Below are positions 1 through 13,394 of a DNA stretch of 64,000 bases, in pieces. The stretch is from the human T2T-CHM13v2.0 reference genome, Homo sapiens. Position 1 is the first letter of the stretch, and every line of letters starts with the position of its first letter. A program made the translations under genes and the position numbers. The DNA is taken from assembly GCF_009914755.1 (NCBI RefSeq), contig NC_060931.1. One strand, written 5' to 3'. Below the pieces are notes generated by a model that was not told the DNA's origin, ran no database searches, and saw only the letters and a list, made by a program, of their open reading frames with translations.

Positions 1-674
1 CAAGGGTTTTTTTCTTCTTCTTAAATCTCTGTTCATTTATACATCCCAACATCAACAGATGTATGATTTAGCATTTGCCCTGCACCTCTGGCTCTAGGGA
101 CCCTGGAGTTTTGTATATGGATACCCTGCTGCAGTGAACTCTGTCATTGTTCTCAACAGCTGGGAATGGAATATAGCTCATTAAGACAGGAGATGTTATC
201 CAAGCCTCCCCTGGCATCCTGAAGAGTAGTGAATATGTTTTGCTTCCTGAGATCTAAAGTATCCCTTTCGTTACCACCTAGTGTTCTCTTCCTTTTATTG
301 AAAAACTCTATTGGCCCCATTGCCACTTTGAATGATGTGTACAGTTTATGCCAGCTGTTCCTTTTCTTAATCCTTTCTCCTTCTTCTTTGCCTTTTTATT
401 ATGTTTATGGTGTGTGCTGTGCCTTGTATTTAAAAAATAAAACCCTAGTGTAATTAGTACATATCACTTGGTTATGTAATTAAAAGAATATTAAGGACAG
501 ATTTTCACAATAAACCCCTATCATTCAGACATCCCTGCTCCCTTTGGTATAAAAAGCAACTTTGCTGGAGAGAGGGTTGCAAGTTTAAGTTTCTCATACT
601 TATCAGGCGAGGGAACTTATATTTGAGTTTTTATTTTATATCAGATGCTTAGTCCTATTACTCCATTTGATTGT

Positions 675-812
675 AGCAATAAATCTGTGAGACATAAAGA
701 TATAAGAATTATTATCTCATTTTGTAGATGGGGCCCTAAGCATCAGAAAGATCTAAAACCCAATTAGTAAATTGTGAAGCAGGTATTCATATCTTTGTCT
801 TTCTGGCTCCGT
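675..812 (-). mobile_element. MIR SINE fragment
   Basis: Reverse-complement MIR core (ATTATCTCATTTTGTAGATG...), highly diverged. Confidence 0.55.
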
Positions 813-1116
813 CATCTCTCTGTACTATTTATGCAACCTGTTGCTGAGTTATGTATAAATTTAGATGTCTGTATTCATTTTTTATGTGGCATCGTTGTCT
901 GCTTATGTGGCATGATTATTTAGGGCAAAAAGAAAGATAAGAGGAACCATGTTAAAAATATCACTTTTATCTGGAGATTCAGATTTATATCTAGGTCATC
1001 ATTTTTCTATTCGGAGAGTTATTCAGGCTTTACAAATGAAATAGGCAGGGATGTTCAGGAATAGCAACCAGGTGCTTTCTTTGCAACTGGAGAGAAGAAA
1101 ATACCAACCTCTCCAC

Positions 1117-1325
1117 TAATGTATATTGGGAGTTTACTATGTGCCAGCCACATACATGCGTTATTTTATTTAATCCTGTAGGTGGTGTGAGAGTAGATGT
1201 GGAAAATGAGGTCCAATGCATTTAAATAATATGCCCAAGGTCACATAGCCTGCAAGTGTACAGCTGGGGCTAGAGCTGCCATCTGATTCCAGAGCTCAGG
1301 CTCTCAATCACTACGCTACACTGCC
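1117..1325 (-). mobile_element. MIR SINE
   Basis: TTACTATGTGCCAG...GCCCAAGGTCACATAGC...CTGATTCCAGAGC...TCACTACGCTACACTGCC matches the reverse complement of the MIR consensus. Confidence 0.85.
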
Positions 1326-1454
1326 GAGGAATGGCAGTTTAAGAGGTGGAAGTCGTGTGACATAGTAACCTAGAAAAAGAGAGGTAAGTTATTTGAACAC
1401 CTGGACATTTTGTTTTTCCATCAACCAGGAAGAAATATTGAGATAATGGATATA

Positions 1455-1784
1455 CAATCATGCATCACTTAATGATGGAGACACACTCCCAGAAGTGTGT
1501 TGCTAGTTGATTTCATAGTTGTGCAAACATCATAGAGTGCACTTACACAAACCCAGATGGCATAGCCTACTACACACCTAGGCTACATGGTTTGGCCTTT
1601 TGCTCCTAGAGCACACACCTGTACAGCATGTTATTGTACTGAATAGGGTATTTGTAACATAGTGATATTTGTGTATATAAACATAGAAAAGGCATAGTAA
1701 AAATACCATAGTATAATCCCATGGAACCATCACTGTATGTACAGTGTGATGTTGATGGAAATGTTGTTATGCCGCACACAACTA
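1455..1784 (-). mobile_element. Tigger3a/MER7-type non-autonomous DNA transposon (TcMar-Tigger)
   Basis: Decayed CAGTCATGC...-type TIRs at both ends, TA on both flanks, internal GCCTACTACACACCTAGGCTA and ACCTGTACAGCATGTTA characteristic of Tigger3. Confidence 0.85.
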
Positions 1785-3027
1785 TACATTTATCCATCCT
1801 CAAACGCTAATCTCCTAAAGAGAAATGAAAGCACATGTAGAGTTACTTGGTAACTTTTTATTAATCCAAGAAAGTTAGTTACATGATTTCTAAATCACTC
1901 CTGTTCGGTATAAGTGGAACCTAGGGGTTTTGAGAGTGAAAAAAGGAAAGTTAAAGCAGTGGCAGAGAAAGGCTAAATGGGTTTGGCACGTATTCAACTT
2001 TGTCAAAGGGAATGTGAAGGATTGCAGTTCACTTTTCATGCCAAGGCATCTGTGATGATGGAGAGAGTGATGTCATATGGTTTGGCAAATTAACTGCATA
2101 ACCTTGAATGTAGTCAAGGGGCTTATCCTACTCTTTTTTTTCTAGTTAAAGTGTCTCTAAGGTTGGCCTTTCTGACATCGTGGCCAGACTCATACAGGCA
2201 GGACTTAACGGAGGCTAAAATCATTAGTATACATATACATACAAATACTTCTTCAGATATGTATTTTCTGTAAGGAATCCAAACTGTAGGAAAAGGATAA
2301 AATAAAGTTTTTAGTAAGGAATATATTTTAATGGAAATAATAATATAGTACCCATTAGTATTCATTTCCTTTAAAATATAGATGATATTATCTTTATAAG
2401 ACATGGTATCTTTATTTTATTGACTATAAATGTACTAGTGAAATGTTTCCTAAGTTAACTCTTGAAACACAGATTCTAACACTGGTATTGTACAGAACCC
2501 AACCATCCATGTTGGAGAGTGTCTGTGCTGCTTTAATTAGTTCTGATGTAATAAACCGTTTCATGTTTAGCATTTTAGATTTATAATATGGTCTAGTTGG
2601 CTTCTGACTACAGATCATTGAGTGAATTTATATCCAATTTTAAAATTTTGACAAGTAGGTGAAAACTGGAGGAACGACAAAGGAACATTTTAGTAAAACC
2701 AAGAAAGACTTGTCTTTAGTCATGGACTGTGGCACTACCACTTATTTGAGACCCAGGCGAGACTTGCAAGCAGATTTACCACAGTCAGGGTCCAAAGTTA
2801 GGAAGAAAAAAAGACATGAGAAAAGTTCTTCTTATGTGAAAAGTATAGTAGTCCTTAGGTACATAAATCCTCCTTGGATTTGTGATTGAGAATTCAGTTG
2901 TACTGCTTCTTTGCAGTAAACCTTACTTTTAATAATGTGATAGCTTTTTTATTTTCAAAAAATCTTCCTTTTGAATTGTTTTTAGAAATTAGTTTTGGGG
3001 ACTAGAGGCCTGGTAGACCTACAAGCA

Positions 3028-3350
3028 CAGATTGAATATCCCGTATCCAAAATGCTTTGGACCAGAAGCGTTTGGGATTTTGGACTTTTTCAAGTTCTGG
3101 AATATTTGCACATACATATTGAGGTATCTTGGGAGTGGAACCCAAGTCTAAACACGAAATTCATTTGTTTTTTATATACATAGCCTGAAGAAATTTTATA
3201 CAATATTTTAAATAATTTTATACATGAAACGGGTTTATGTTAAGTACTTGTGTAGAATTCTCTACTTGTAGTGTCGTAACGATGCTCAAAAAGTTTTGGA
3301 TTTTGGAGCACTTTAGATTTTGAATTTTTAGATAAGGAATGCTCAGTCTG
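3028..3350 (+). mobile_element. Tigger4b/MER46-type DNA transposon
   Basis: Begins CAGATTGAATATCCCGTATCCAAAATGCT, ends GATAAGGAATGCTCAGTCTG followed by TA; TIRs match Tigger4 (Zombi). Confidence 0.8.
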
Positions 3351-6300
3351 TACCCAATACTTACTATTTCTAATGTTGGGGAAGCCAGTAATTCCAAAAA
3401 TATTCTAAACTTTTTCTTTCTTCATTACCTTGAACTTAACTCTTATATTGTCATTCATCAATATATGACCCATCATTTAGTAATATTTTAGAAACGTAAA
3501 AGGAGGGATGGGCTCAAAAAGACAAGATTTATGATAAATTTCTTCAGTGAAACTCCTCTTAGGAAATGAGTATTAGTTCCACTCTCCCACTGTAAACAGG
3601 AGCAGAGTAACCACACTGATCAAGAGTTGGTGCTTCGTTTTGTAGGTAATTTATTTTCCTGGGTGCCAAGTGGTTTTTATATATGGAGCTATGGTCATAA
3701 CTTAATGGCAAAAAATGAAGCATAATGCTAAAAGAAAACATAGTTCTAGGAGAAAGCTTGCTTTTAATACCTGTTTCTTCTAGAAGTGAATAGGACTTTG
3801 GTGTGGGCAGTTTAAAAGTTGGCCACATCAGGTTTTAAGCTTGGAAGCCATGTTTGATTTTGAATCTTAGCCCAAGAAAAATAAATAAATTATTTATTCC
3901 AATATAAAGATGTTTGGAGGTGTCAGTAATTGACTTATTTAGCAGCAATAAAGCAATTCAGATAATTTTAGAAAATTTACTTTTGAGGAGGAATTCTAAT
4001 AAAGGATAATTTAAACAATTACGTGTGAGAAATAACTATTTACTGAACAGGAAATAGGGTTGCTATAGGTGGTTTGAGTTTAAAACTAGAGATTTGCTTT
4101 GAATGTAGTTTTTTCTTTGAGATTTCAGGGTGAAAATTGCATGGCTGGAGCATGACCCAGAAACAGCCCTGCCATTGATTGCCACTGGGAATACAGTAAT
4201 TGAAGATTTGCCTGTGTTGATTGACTTTCAGTATCTGATTACAGAAGCTCTGAGCAATGTATCTTGGTCTTTTATCTCCTTTGTTGCCTCCTTTCAGAAA
4301 TGCTTCTAAAATGTGTCTGGTTTATCTATAGATTTTTGGATTCTTAGAAGGCCACTTAACCATTTCTGTTTAGTATTTACCAGTTCAATCAATATGAATA
4401 GTAACAAAGAAAACCTGAATTAAAATGTACTAGGATTCTGAGACTGTTATGTCTGGTATATAATATACTTCTCTAATTTATTCTTTGTAGAACCTCATCT
4501 CTATAAACGTTTGTGTTGAAATGCTTTTTGGTCTTAAGTGATGGAATGACAGCCTGTGCCAGGACATTGTAGCTTGTGGATGCCTACTCTTTTCAAGTGA
4601 CTCATCGGTACAGGTTAATATTTTGAGTAAATCTTTCGGAATTAAATTCAGTACTGTCAACAATGAGAATCTGGCTAGTTTATGTAGAGCTTAACAGAGG
4701 CAGAATATATTAATGGACTTTAGTGTTTTTAAAAAAGGGACATTGGTATTGTACGCTATTCTATACCTAGCTCTAGGGGTAGCATGTGCAGTATGGATTA
4801 TTTATGGTCCACTCCTTGCCACAGGTCTTCTGTGTTACCTTTAAAAAGCTAGGGTAGTGCTCGGCTGACTGTGCCATCTCTGTATGGATTTTCTGTTTAT
4901 TTGTTTTATAATTTTGTTTTATAGAAACTATAGTATGATGTCAGAAACATTGGTGGCTGGATTAGGTACAGTATGTTGGAAAAGAGAAATGTGTTACCTG
5001 CTTAACAGGAGTACAGTTTGACTCTTCTGTTTCCCCGATGTGTTAATCTAATGATTTGTCCTTGATGGTATGGGAGTAGCTGGTGAGAAAAAGGAAGGGA
5101 AGGAAGATGAGGTAATTGTCCTGAATTGTCCTTGGATAAAGGATCTAACTTCAAGTCTTTGCAAATGACAAAATGAGAAAAGTCCACAAGGCATTTGAGA
5201 ATACCTCTTCTGAATAACTCAGTTTAGGTCAGAGAATTTTATTTCAGCTCACGTAAGAACTTCGTTTGTTTCCAGTGTTCCCTGTATTTTCATAATCAAA
5301 CCGTAGCCTCTGCCTTTTGATGTTTTGTTTTGGTCAGCACTTTGGTTCTATGTATTCATGTTTTTGTTGCCATTTTTGATTTAGTGTAGGATTTGATTAA
5401 TGACTGCATACATTTTAAATGATGTCACATTGAAATGTACATTTGCACAAATTTATGTATAATCAGTAAACATATGTTTTTGTTCTGTTTCCAAGATGCC
5501 TGTTTGGTTGTAGTTGTTTCCATTTTGTCCTAGGTTAAAGAACCTTAGCTAATTTCAATCAGCCCTGAGTTGTCATTCCTGTTCATCACTGTCACATTAA
5601 CATCATTCCTCTTCATCAATGTCACATTAGCAGCAAATCTGAACTTGCTGATTAGTAAAGAGGATGGAAATCACAGCTCTGTGTGTGTCCAAATAGCTAC
5701 TCATCAGCAAAGCTTGTGATGGGACCTGATGGTTTAATGCAGGCCTTAATCAAGGGCTAGGAAATGTTTTCTCTGCAGTTTAACCTAGTAGTATTGAATT
5801 ACATTAACATGTATATACACTCGCATACACATACATAGTAGTGTTACATCAATGTTCAAAGTCAATCAGGCCAAATCAAACAAAAGAAGGAAATAAATCT
5901 TGAAGATGACTTTTTTTGTGATTTTAGTCAGCAAACATAAACAGCATATTTTCCTTTGGTCTCATTGATATCCTCATATCCAGCTGAAGAACTGCTTGAT
6001 TAAAAGTATGCTGTCTTTGGTGACGTGGACTGAAAAAGTATGGGGTAAGCGGGGTGAATTTTATGCTTGGAGCTGTTATTATCCCATGTGGTATCTGTTG
6101 CTTACTTCTCAGTGATACTTGTATAGATGTGTCAACAGATTTGATGTTTTGTGCCTATGAGGCAGAATACTTAAAAGGGCATGAGAGTCATTACTTGGAG
6201 ACGAGATGGGCCCTCATTTGTGCTCACAATATCTGTGTGAGCACGTGGAAGAACCGTATTTTATTTTTTGAAAACAATCTTTTTGAGTGTCAAATGCTTA

Positions 6301-6359
6301 TCTGTTGAGAGCCCACTGTAAAACTGAATGTCTTTGTGGTAGTTGACATTTGAGATGAT

Positions 6360-6502
6360 GTTTTTTAATGCCTCATTGTGGGAGGTTAAGTGTCATTATC
6401 CCGATTTTACTCATGAAGTTCTGAGCAGGTAAGTGACTTGTCCAAAGTTACCCTCCCGGTAAGTAAAAGCCAGACCTTGAATGCAGGCCTTCTGACTTCA
6501 GC
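6360..6502 (-). mobile_element. MIR fragment
   Basis: TTATCCCGATTTTAC...AAGTGACTTGTCCAAAGTTAC...TTGAATGCAGGCCTTCTGACT. Confidence 0.7.
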
Positions 6503-7202
6503 TACAGTAATTTTGTCTTTCAGCCGTGTAACAGCTGCCTTGTTTATGTGGCTAACATGATGCTAGATAATTATGAGAAGAATTTCATTTAAAAGAATTC
6601 CTCATACCTGGAAGTTTACAATCCTATCTGAATGACCACAGCTGTGTGAATCCTAACTTCAGTCAAGATAAGCAGTAATACTGGAAACACTGTAGAAAGC
6701 AAGGATGGCATCACAGTGTCTACCAGCATTCTGTGGGAGGATTAGAGGATTTGCATGCAGACCAAGAGCAGCCTGAGTAATCAGGACTCTGGTACTGTTT
6801 TATGGAAAGCAATTTAATGCATATTTTTAAAGCAATATCAACTCTTTTATATGATTAAAAATGATTTCTACCTTATACGTTTTAATTTTCTTTTATAGAT
6901 TTCAGCCCTGGAATCATACATATCTATCCTCCACACATGTCATTTTCTTCCTCTCAAGGCTAGTGGTACACGTTTAAATATTTCCAGCATACATTTTGTT
7001 GCTGTTAGAAACTATGAATAAGCATCATCATTTTCTTCCAAGATTTCTGTCACTGTCAACATCATCTCTTTCTTTTCTGATGGCTCACATTAATGCAGGC
7101 AGTGCTAACACATTTGTTTCTTTTGTCTTTTATGACAGTCTGAGTTTTAAAACTTTGCTTCTATTCTGAGTTTAGTAGTTTTTGTTCAGAAATGAAACTT
7201 TG

Positions 7203-7421
7203 AGGCAGCAGCATCAGGTAATGGGAAGAGTGTAGGCTTTTGAGACAAAGACCTGAATTTGGATTCTTGCTGCTCCACTTACTAGCTTTATTGAGTTACT
7301 CAAATACTCCTAGTCACACTGTCCTGTTCATAAAATAGGGGTTGGTTGTGCTATTGTGAGGATTTGATAGGGCAACCTAAGAGAAATGCCTGCCATGGTC
7401 CCTTACTCAGAATAAATGTTC
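7203..7421 (+). mobile_element. MIR SINE
   Basis: GACCTGAATTTGGATTC...CTCCACTTACTAGCT...TAAAATAGGG...TTGTGAGGATT...AATAAATGTT. Confidence 0.75.
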
Positions 7422-7799
7422 AACAAATTACAATTCTCCTTTATTTGCAGTACTGTTTCTCATGCTTTTTAATTAGATATTTTACTCCCTCTGTTTGCCC
7501 CTCCCTCCTCCTCTTTTTCTTCTTCTCTCTCTGTTTACAGCCCCGAAGTCCTAGTAATTCTTGAGATCACGTACATCCACTTTGAAGTTTACTTTGACCA
7601 TGCTCTGATCATACAAATAGTATGTTTCCAGCCAGCCTTCTTCAAAATGTTGCTGGTAGCAATTTTTATCACACTACTTTTTCCAGTCATACCCATTGTC
7701 TACCCCGTTACCTATTTTATCTGTTCTTGTTTCTTTCTTTCTTGTCAGTCCATTTTAAAGGCCTCCTTATCTAGTTGACAGGCTTCCTTTATCCTGGCT

Positions 7800-8243
7800 A
7801 TGGGAGTAGGTTTGGCTGTGAATAACAGAGACTCAGCATAATAGTGATGTAACAAGACAGAATTTTATTTCTCACATAGAAGTGTGGGAGTCAAGTGCTG
7901 GTGTGGGGACTTTGATCTGTCTTAATGCTTCGTCACATGTGTGCTCCATTCCTAAGGTCCCCTCCTGGTCCAAGGTGGGTACTTGAACTCTTACTATTGT
8001 ATCTACATATTAGGCAGCAGGAAGTAGATGGGGCAGGCAGCAGGAAGTAGACGGGGCAAAAGTAAGACATATGCTTCTCTTTGGAAGTTGCCCACACTGA
8101 CTAACTCTTAGATTTGATTCGCCAGAACTGTATTACATGACTATGTCTAGATACAGTGAAGACTCAGAAATGTATCCTGTTTCAATTATCTACATGCCTA
8201 AAAGGAGAGAATGGCTATTTGAGGACAACTGGCATTGTCTGCC
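7800..8243 (-). mobile_element. Old MaLR solo LTR (MLT1J/K-like)
   Basis: GGCTGTGAATAACAGAGAC...TTTATTTCTCACA...CCAAGGTGG...GCCAGAACTG...ACATGACTA...GGAGAGAATGGCTATT...CAACTGGCA pattern of antisense MLT1. Confidence 0.7.
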
Positions 8244-8278
8244 TTGTTGGTAATATGTGAGATGTGCTATATCCTTAG

Positions 8279-8636
<358 letters not shown>

Positions 8637-9214
8637 AATTTCATACTATATAGTTATCTATTGTTGTCCCATACTTTATCTTTCTAAGTCCACACTATCT
8701 ATGGACATAGAATACCACCTGTACTCTATTTTGTTCATTTTCTTGCCGAGAGAAAAGTGTTTCTTCTAGTCAGATTCTTTGTTTTCTCCTGAACTACCCA
8801 CCATGGTCAGTGACTGTAGTCTTAAGACTCAGACAAATCTAGCAGAATGCCATATTGGATTTTTTTCCCCCACATTCCTCTGAAAGTAGTCCAACATGGA
8901 TTTTACTGTTGTTTTAAACCAAAATAATGGTAGTATAACACTCTTTCATTTATTTTTATCAAAGCATCTGTGGAAATATATTCCATTTTTCAAATATATC
9001 AGTGCTCAAGTGTCATCATGAAAGAACAACTAACCAAACTGTATTGAAGATGGGGTTGTAAAGAGTTTTACATGTTGATCACAATAATACATATTTTTGG
9101 TTCATTTTGTTTTCTTTTATAAATAAATGTTTCCTTTCTTTAGTAGGAACAACTACAAGAGCTTTCCCTGTTTTTTTTGGTATACTTTCTTGTGACTGAC
9201 AGGTATCTGAGGCC

Positions 9215-9356
9215 ATAAGAGTATTTTTATTTTAAAGATGAGGCAATTGAGTTCAGAGGTTGGATAACTTGCCCAAGACCCTATAACAGGCAAGCAGCAG
9301 ATCCCAGAATCAAACCCAGGCCGTTTGAATTCAAATTCACTTCCTTTTTCACTATG
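9215..9356 (-). mobile_element. MIR fragment
   Basis: TTTTAAAGATGAGG.AATTGAG...AGAGGTT...AACTTGCCCAAG...TCAAACCCAGG. Confidence 0.75.
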
Positions 9357-9715
9357 GTACAAGAATTGGAAAATAAGAGCATTCTTTTGCATATTAGAGA
9401 CTGAATTATCAAAATTCTTTATTGCTGTTCTTTCATTATCGGTCATCCTTCATGGGAGAGCCCTCATCTCTATACAGTATGATTCAGCTGGGATAGAATT
9501 GTTTCCCTTTATTTGCTGTTAAATGGTTTCCTTTCCATCCGTAGCTTGACAAACATCTCCTTTCTGGTTCTTAAAATATTTTACTCTTAGACCTTTTCCC
9601 CTTTCTTCTCTGATTGAATGCATAATATTCTTTAACAGTTGTATATATGCTCTCAAGGAATTTTAAATCTCTTCAGGGACACATAATACATGTATGAAAA
9701 AGGATTTGTAGGAAA

Positions 9716-10008
9716 GGAGTGGCAGCTCATGCCTGTAATCTCAGTACTATGGGAGGCTGAGGCTGGAGCATCACTTGAGGCTGGGAATTTGAGACCAGCC
9801 TGGGCAACAAAGTAAGACCTTTGTTTCTACAAAAAATAAAAATAAAAAAATAAAAAACTCAATCAGGTGAGGTAGCATGTGTCTGTACCCCTAGATAGCC
9901 GGGAGGCTGAGGGAGGAGAATTATTTGACCCCAGGAGTTAGAGGCTGCAGTGAGCTGTGATCCTGCCACTGCACTGCAGCTTGGGCTACAGAGCAAGACC
10001 CTGTGTCT
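9716..10008 (+). mobile_element. Alu (AluJ-type)
   Basis: Dimeric Alu with J diagnostics (CCTGGGCAACA..GTAAGACC, GAGGCTGCAGTGAGCTGTGAT, GACCCTGTGTC). Confidence 0.92.
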
Positions 10009-10016
10009 TGAAAGAA

Positions 10017-10074
<58 letters not shown>

Positions 10075-10114
10075 AGGGAGGGAGGGAAGGAAGGAAGGAG
10101 GGAAGGAAGGAAGG
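10009..10114 (+). repeat. Polypurine compound microsatellite (AAAG)n(AG)n(GGAG)n(GGAA)n from the Alu tail
   Basis: Directly visible ~105 bp purine-only tract. Confidence 0.95.
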
Positions 10115-12689
10115 ATTACACTTAGCTCTGTGAAATAGCTTGGGTTTTTTTTTTTCTTAGTCTTCTTTATTGGTACATTTTTAATATAAACTGCTGCTGA
10201 TCTGTCATTCTCTATTCTGGAAATGTTTACTTCATTGTCTGTCTTTATCTTTTACCCAGGTGTCTTGTACCTGTGGTATGCTTAAGCCTCTGCTCTACCT
10301 CATTACTTCTAGAAAGAACAATTTTATACCTAGACACACACATACATGTCTTATATTACAGAGAGTGAGACAGAGGGCAGTGACAGAGTGTCCTGCCCTC
10401 CCTGGGAATGGACAGAGCAGCATTCTTTCTGTCCTACTTAAGCAATGTGATGCTTCGATTTGGTATGAGACTTTTTTTTTTCTTGTATTGTCTTCTTTTT
10501 ATTGTTTTATTATTTTATTGTCTGACAAAAATGGCCGTCTCTCCTGTATCTCTTTTTACCCTTAACCTTTTCTGCTGGGTTGTATTTTTTTCCTATTGCA
10601 TAACTGCAATGTCTGAACCTTAAATTCAACTCAAATTATTAACTCTGAAATGAACTTCCTTTGGCAAGACTGATTGTTAACAGAGTTCTAGATCTCAGTT
10701 GCATTCTCTTCCATGTTGATTTAAGTAAAGACAGGCTGTCTTAGTACCTGTTAATCAAGAATAGGAAAGTCTGTGGGGTGGGGGGGTATATATATTCTCT
10801 CTAAAAGCTAACTATAAAATCAATGTAGTAGCTTGCATGATTTAATAACTTGGAGGTTTTTTTTCCTTTTTTTGTGTGACTTAGCAGTTTTTAAGTATAG
10901 GAAAGGAAATTATAATATGGTTTTATAAAAATGAAACCTGTTTGAAGATCCCATCATTGATGGGGCCTGAATTTTTTAGTTGGTCTTTGCGAAGGAGATC
11001 ATTGCTCTGTGAAGTTTATGAATCCCTAGACCTGAGAATTTCTACCATTATCTTACTAAGGAAATGTCTATATGCTCTCCCAGAAGATTCTAAGGAGGCA
11101 TGCCCTAGGGGCACATGTGCTGTAGAGGTAATGAGTTCACTGGAGGAAATCTCACAATCCCTTCTTGCTTGATGATTTTTTGATAATTCTGTAATTCAGG
11201 TGTGAAAAAAAAATCACCACCAGCAACCTCTAAAACCTGGGAGGAGCAGTTCGCTATTTGCTGGTAGTAGTTTTGAGGACTTTAGAAGGAAGGCACTAGA
11301 TAAACATAAGGCATTTTTTGTTATTACTATTGCCATTACTTGTTATCATTTATGTAGCACCTGCTTCACTAATGCAATTGCTTATAGGAGCTGCAATTTT
11401 ACTCCTGATGGCTACTTTCTGTCATTATGTAATCTGTGGTAAACCACATACCATCTAAATGTTGCCACTGGATTTCTTTTTTCTTCAAACTCCAGCCCTG
11501 GAATACTGTTGCTGTCCTATTTGTCAACGAACCACTAATAGAAATTTCTTAGGAACATACTGTACTAGATGCCTAGGAAAAGAAAATATATTAAAAACCA
11601 GTGTAACTCCAACTGATTACCCCATCATAGTTCTTATTACTTCAGAAAACTATTAAAAGAACACTAATAAGTTTTCCATGCATGGGTTCATTTTTATAAC
11701 CAATTGCTAAATTGCTAAGTTGCCTTTTTATTCACTTTCAAATTTACAAACAATTTCCAAGTCTGTGCTTTCATTTACTAATGCAAAGCTCTTTGCATAT
11801 ATATATGTATGTGTGTGTGTCCTGGTAAATTGTTATGCCTTCCTTATTCAATAGCTTTGGGTCTCTTATTCTGAAAAATTCCTGCCAGCAGTTATCAATT
11901 TGCATGTTATGGAACAATGTATTGACCTGATAGACTTTGCCAGTTTTACTTGCAAAGCTAATAGCTTCCCATTATATAGCAGAGAAAGGCTTTGTTACAT
12001 AGACACAGTTATTAATTCTCTATTTACTGCTCATCAGAAAACTAAAAAAAATTTTGTTTTGAAATTTGGAATCTTGATGTTTGGAATATTTTTACACAAT
12101 GAATCGAAGCACTTCTTGCTATTTCCCCTTTTTTGACGTTATTAACAATTTTGTTTTTTTTAATTCTAGGAAAAGGAAAGGTTTTACATTAAGATATGCA
12201 ATAATAAGGAAAACCGTGGCACATCTGAATATTTATGTCTACATGAAATAATCTTTGAGAAAATACATTTTTGAGTTATTTGTAATATAGTGTCCTTAGG
12301 TTTAATTAAGCTAATTATAGTCATTATTTACCTTTTTCATATTGAAAATGGTTCTCCATATTTTTTCAAACAATTTGAGAAATTGTGCACTATGCAGGAA
12401 GTATCAGCTAGAAGTATAGTTAGGAAGTATCAGTTGCCGTTTCTGAGAACCTATGCCCAAATGGCCTTCAGCTTAATTTTTCACGTTTGAATATTGGTCA
12501 CTGTTACCTCTCCATTCTGGGGCACTGTGGTTAGAATCTCCCTGATAGCTATAGAAACTGTTGGCTGTAAACACTTGGGAATAACGATGCATGATTTCTC
12601 CTTAAATAGTTGCCTCATAAATAACTACTTTCAGGCATGAATCATCCACCAAGGTATATTTGTTTTTATGTTATGTTACGTTACATTAC

Positions 12690-12929
12690 TTTATTTATTT
12701 TTTGAGAGAGCATCTCACTTTGTTGCCCAGGCTGGAGTACACTGGTGTGATCATGGCTCACTGCAGCCTCAACCTCCTGGGCACAAATGATCCTCCCATC
12801 TCAGCCTCACAAGTAGCTGAGACTACAGGCAGGCACCACCATGCGTGGCTAATTTTTTGTATTTTTTTTTTGTAGACATGGGGGTCTTACTATGTTGCCT
12901 AGACTGGTCTTCAACTCCTGGGCTCAAGT
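12690..12929 (-). mobile_element. Alu (AluJ-type), 5'-truncated
   Basis: GATCATGGCTCACTGCAGCCTCAACCTCCTGGGC...CTCCTGGGCTCAAGT, then abrupt end. Confidence 0.92.
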
Positions 12930-13259
12930 ATATTTGCATATTAAAGGAAAATTCTTAGTGGATGTTGGCCTCTATTTGGTGAATGAATAAGCAGAATGAT
13001 AGATTTAAAAATTCGGGGTAATATTGGGACTAATTTTTTGGGAAAGAAGTTTTCCCCAGGCACTGTACCCTGTGTCATGAGTGAGGGGTGGGTGTCCAGT
13101 GAGGAATTCCAGCAGAGGCTGAAGTCCCATTTGTGGTGGTCATACACTTTTGCTTTCCGGTAGATTCAAGGTTCCAGGGCTCTTGTTAGGAATCTTTTTT
13201 TAGGACACAGTGTAAGTGCATTTTAAGAACTTATTTTAAAAATTATTTTGAAGCAATGT

Positions 13260-13354
13260 GTGTACAGGCCAAGACCCTTGGCCTTCTGAAGATTCACTGA
13301 AAATTCAACTGGCAAAAGGCAGATTAATTGGAGAAAAGGCAGACAAATTTTATC

Positions 13355-13394
<40 letters not shown>

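Noticed and set aside
1378-1390. Consensus donor GAG|GTAAGT at 1384
   Set aside because: No convincing acceptor upstream and it lies among MIR relics; isolated donors are common in introns
10075-10114. EWS-FLI1-type GGAA microsatellite enhancer
   Set aside because: Only about three consecutive GGAA units per run, too short and interrupted
12396-12434. GGAAGTATCAG-like motif repeated three times
   Set aside because: Short and imperfect; compatible with simple slippage, with no further support
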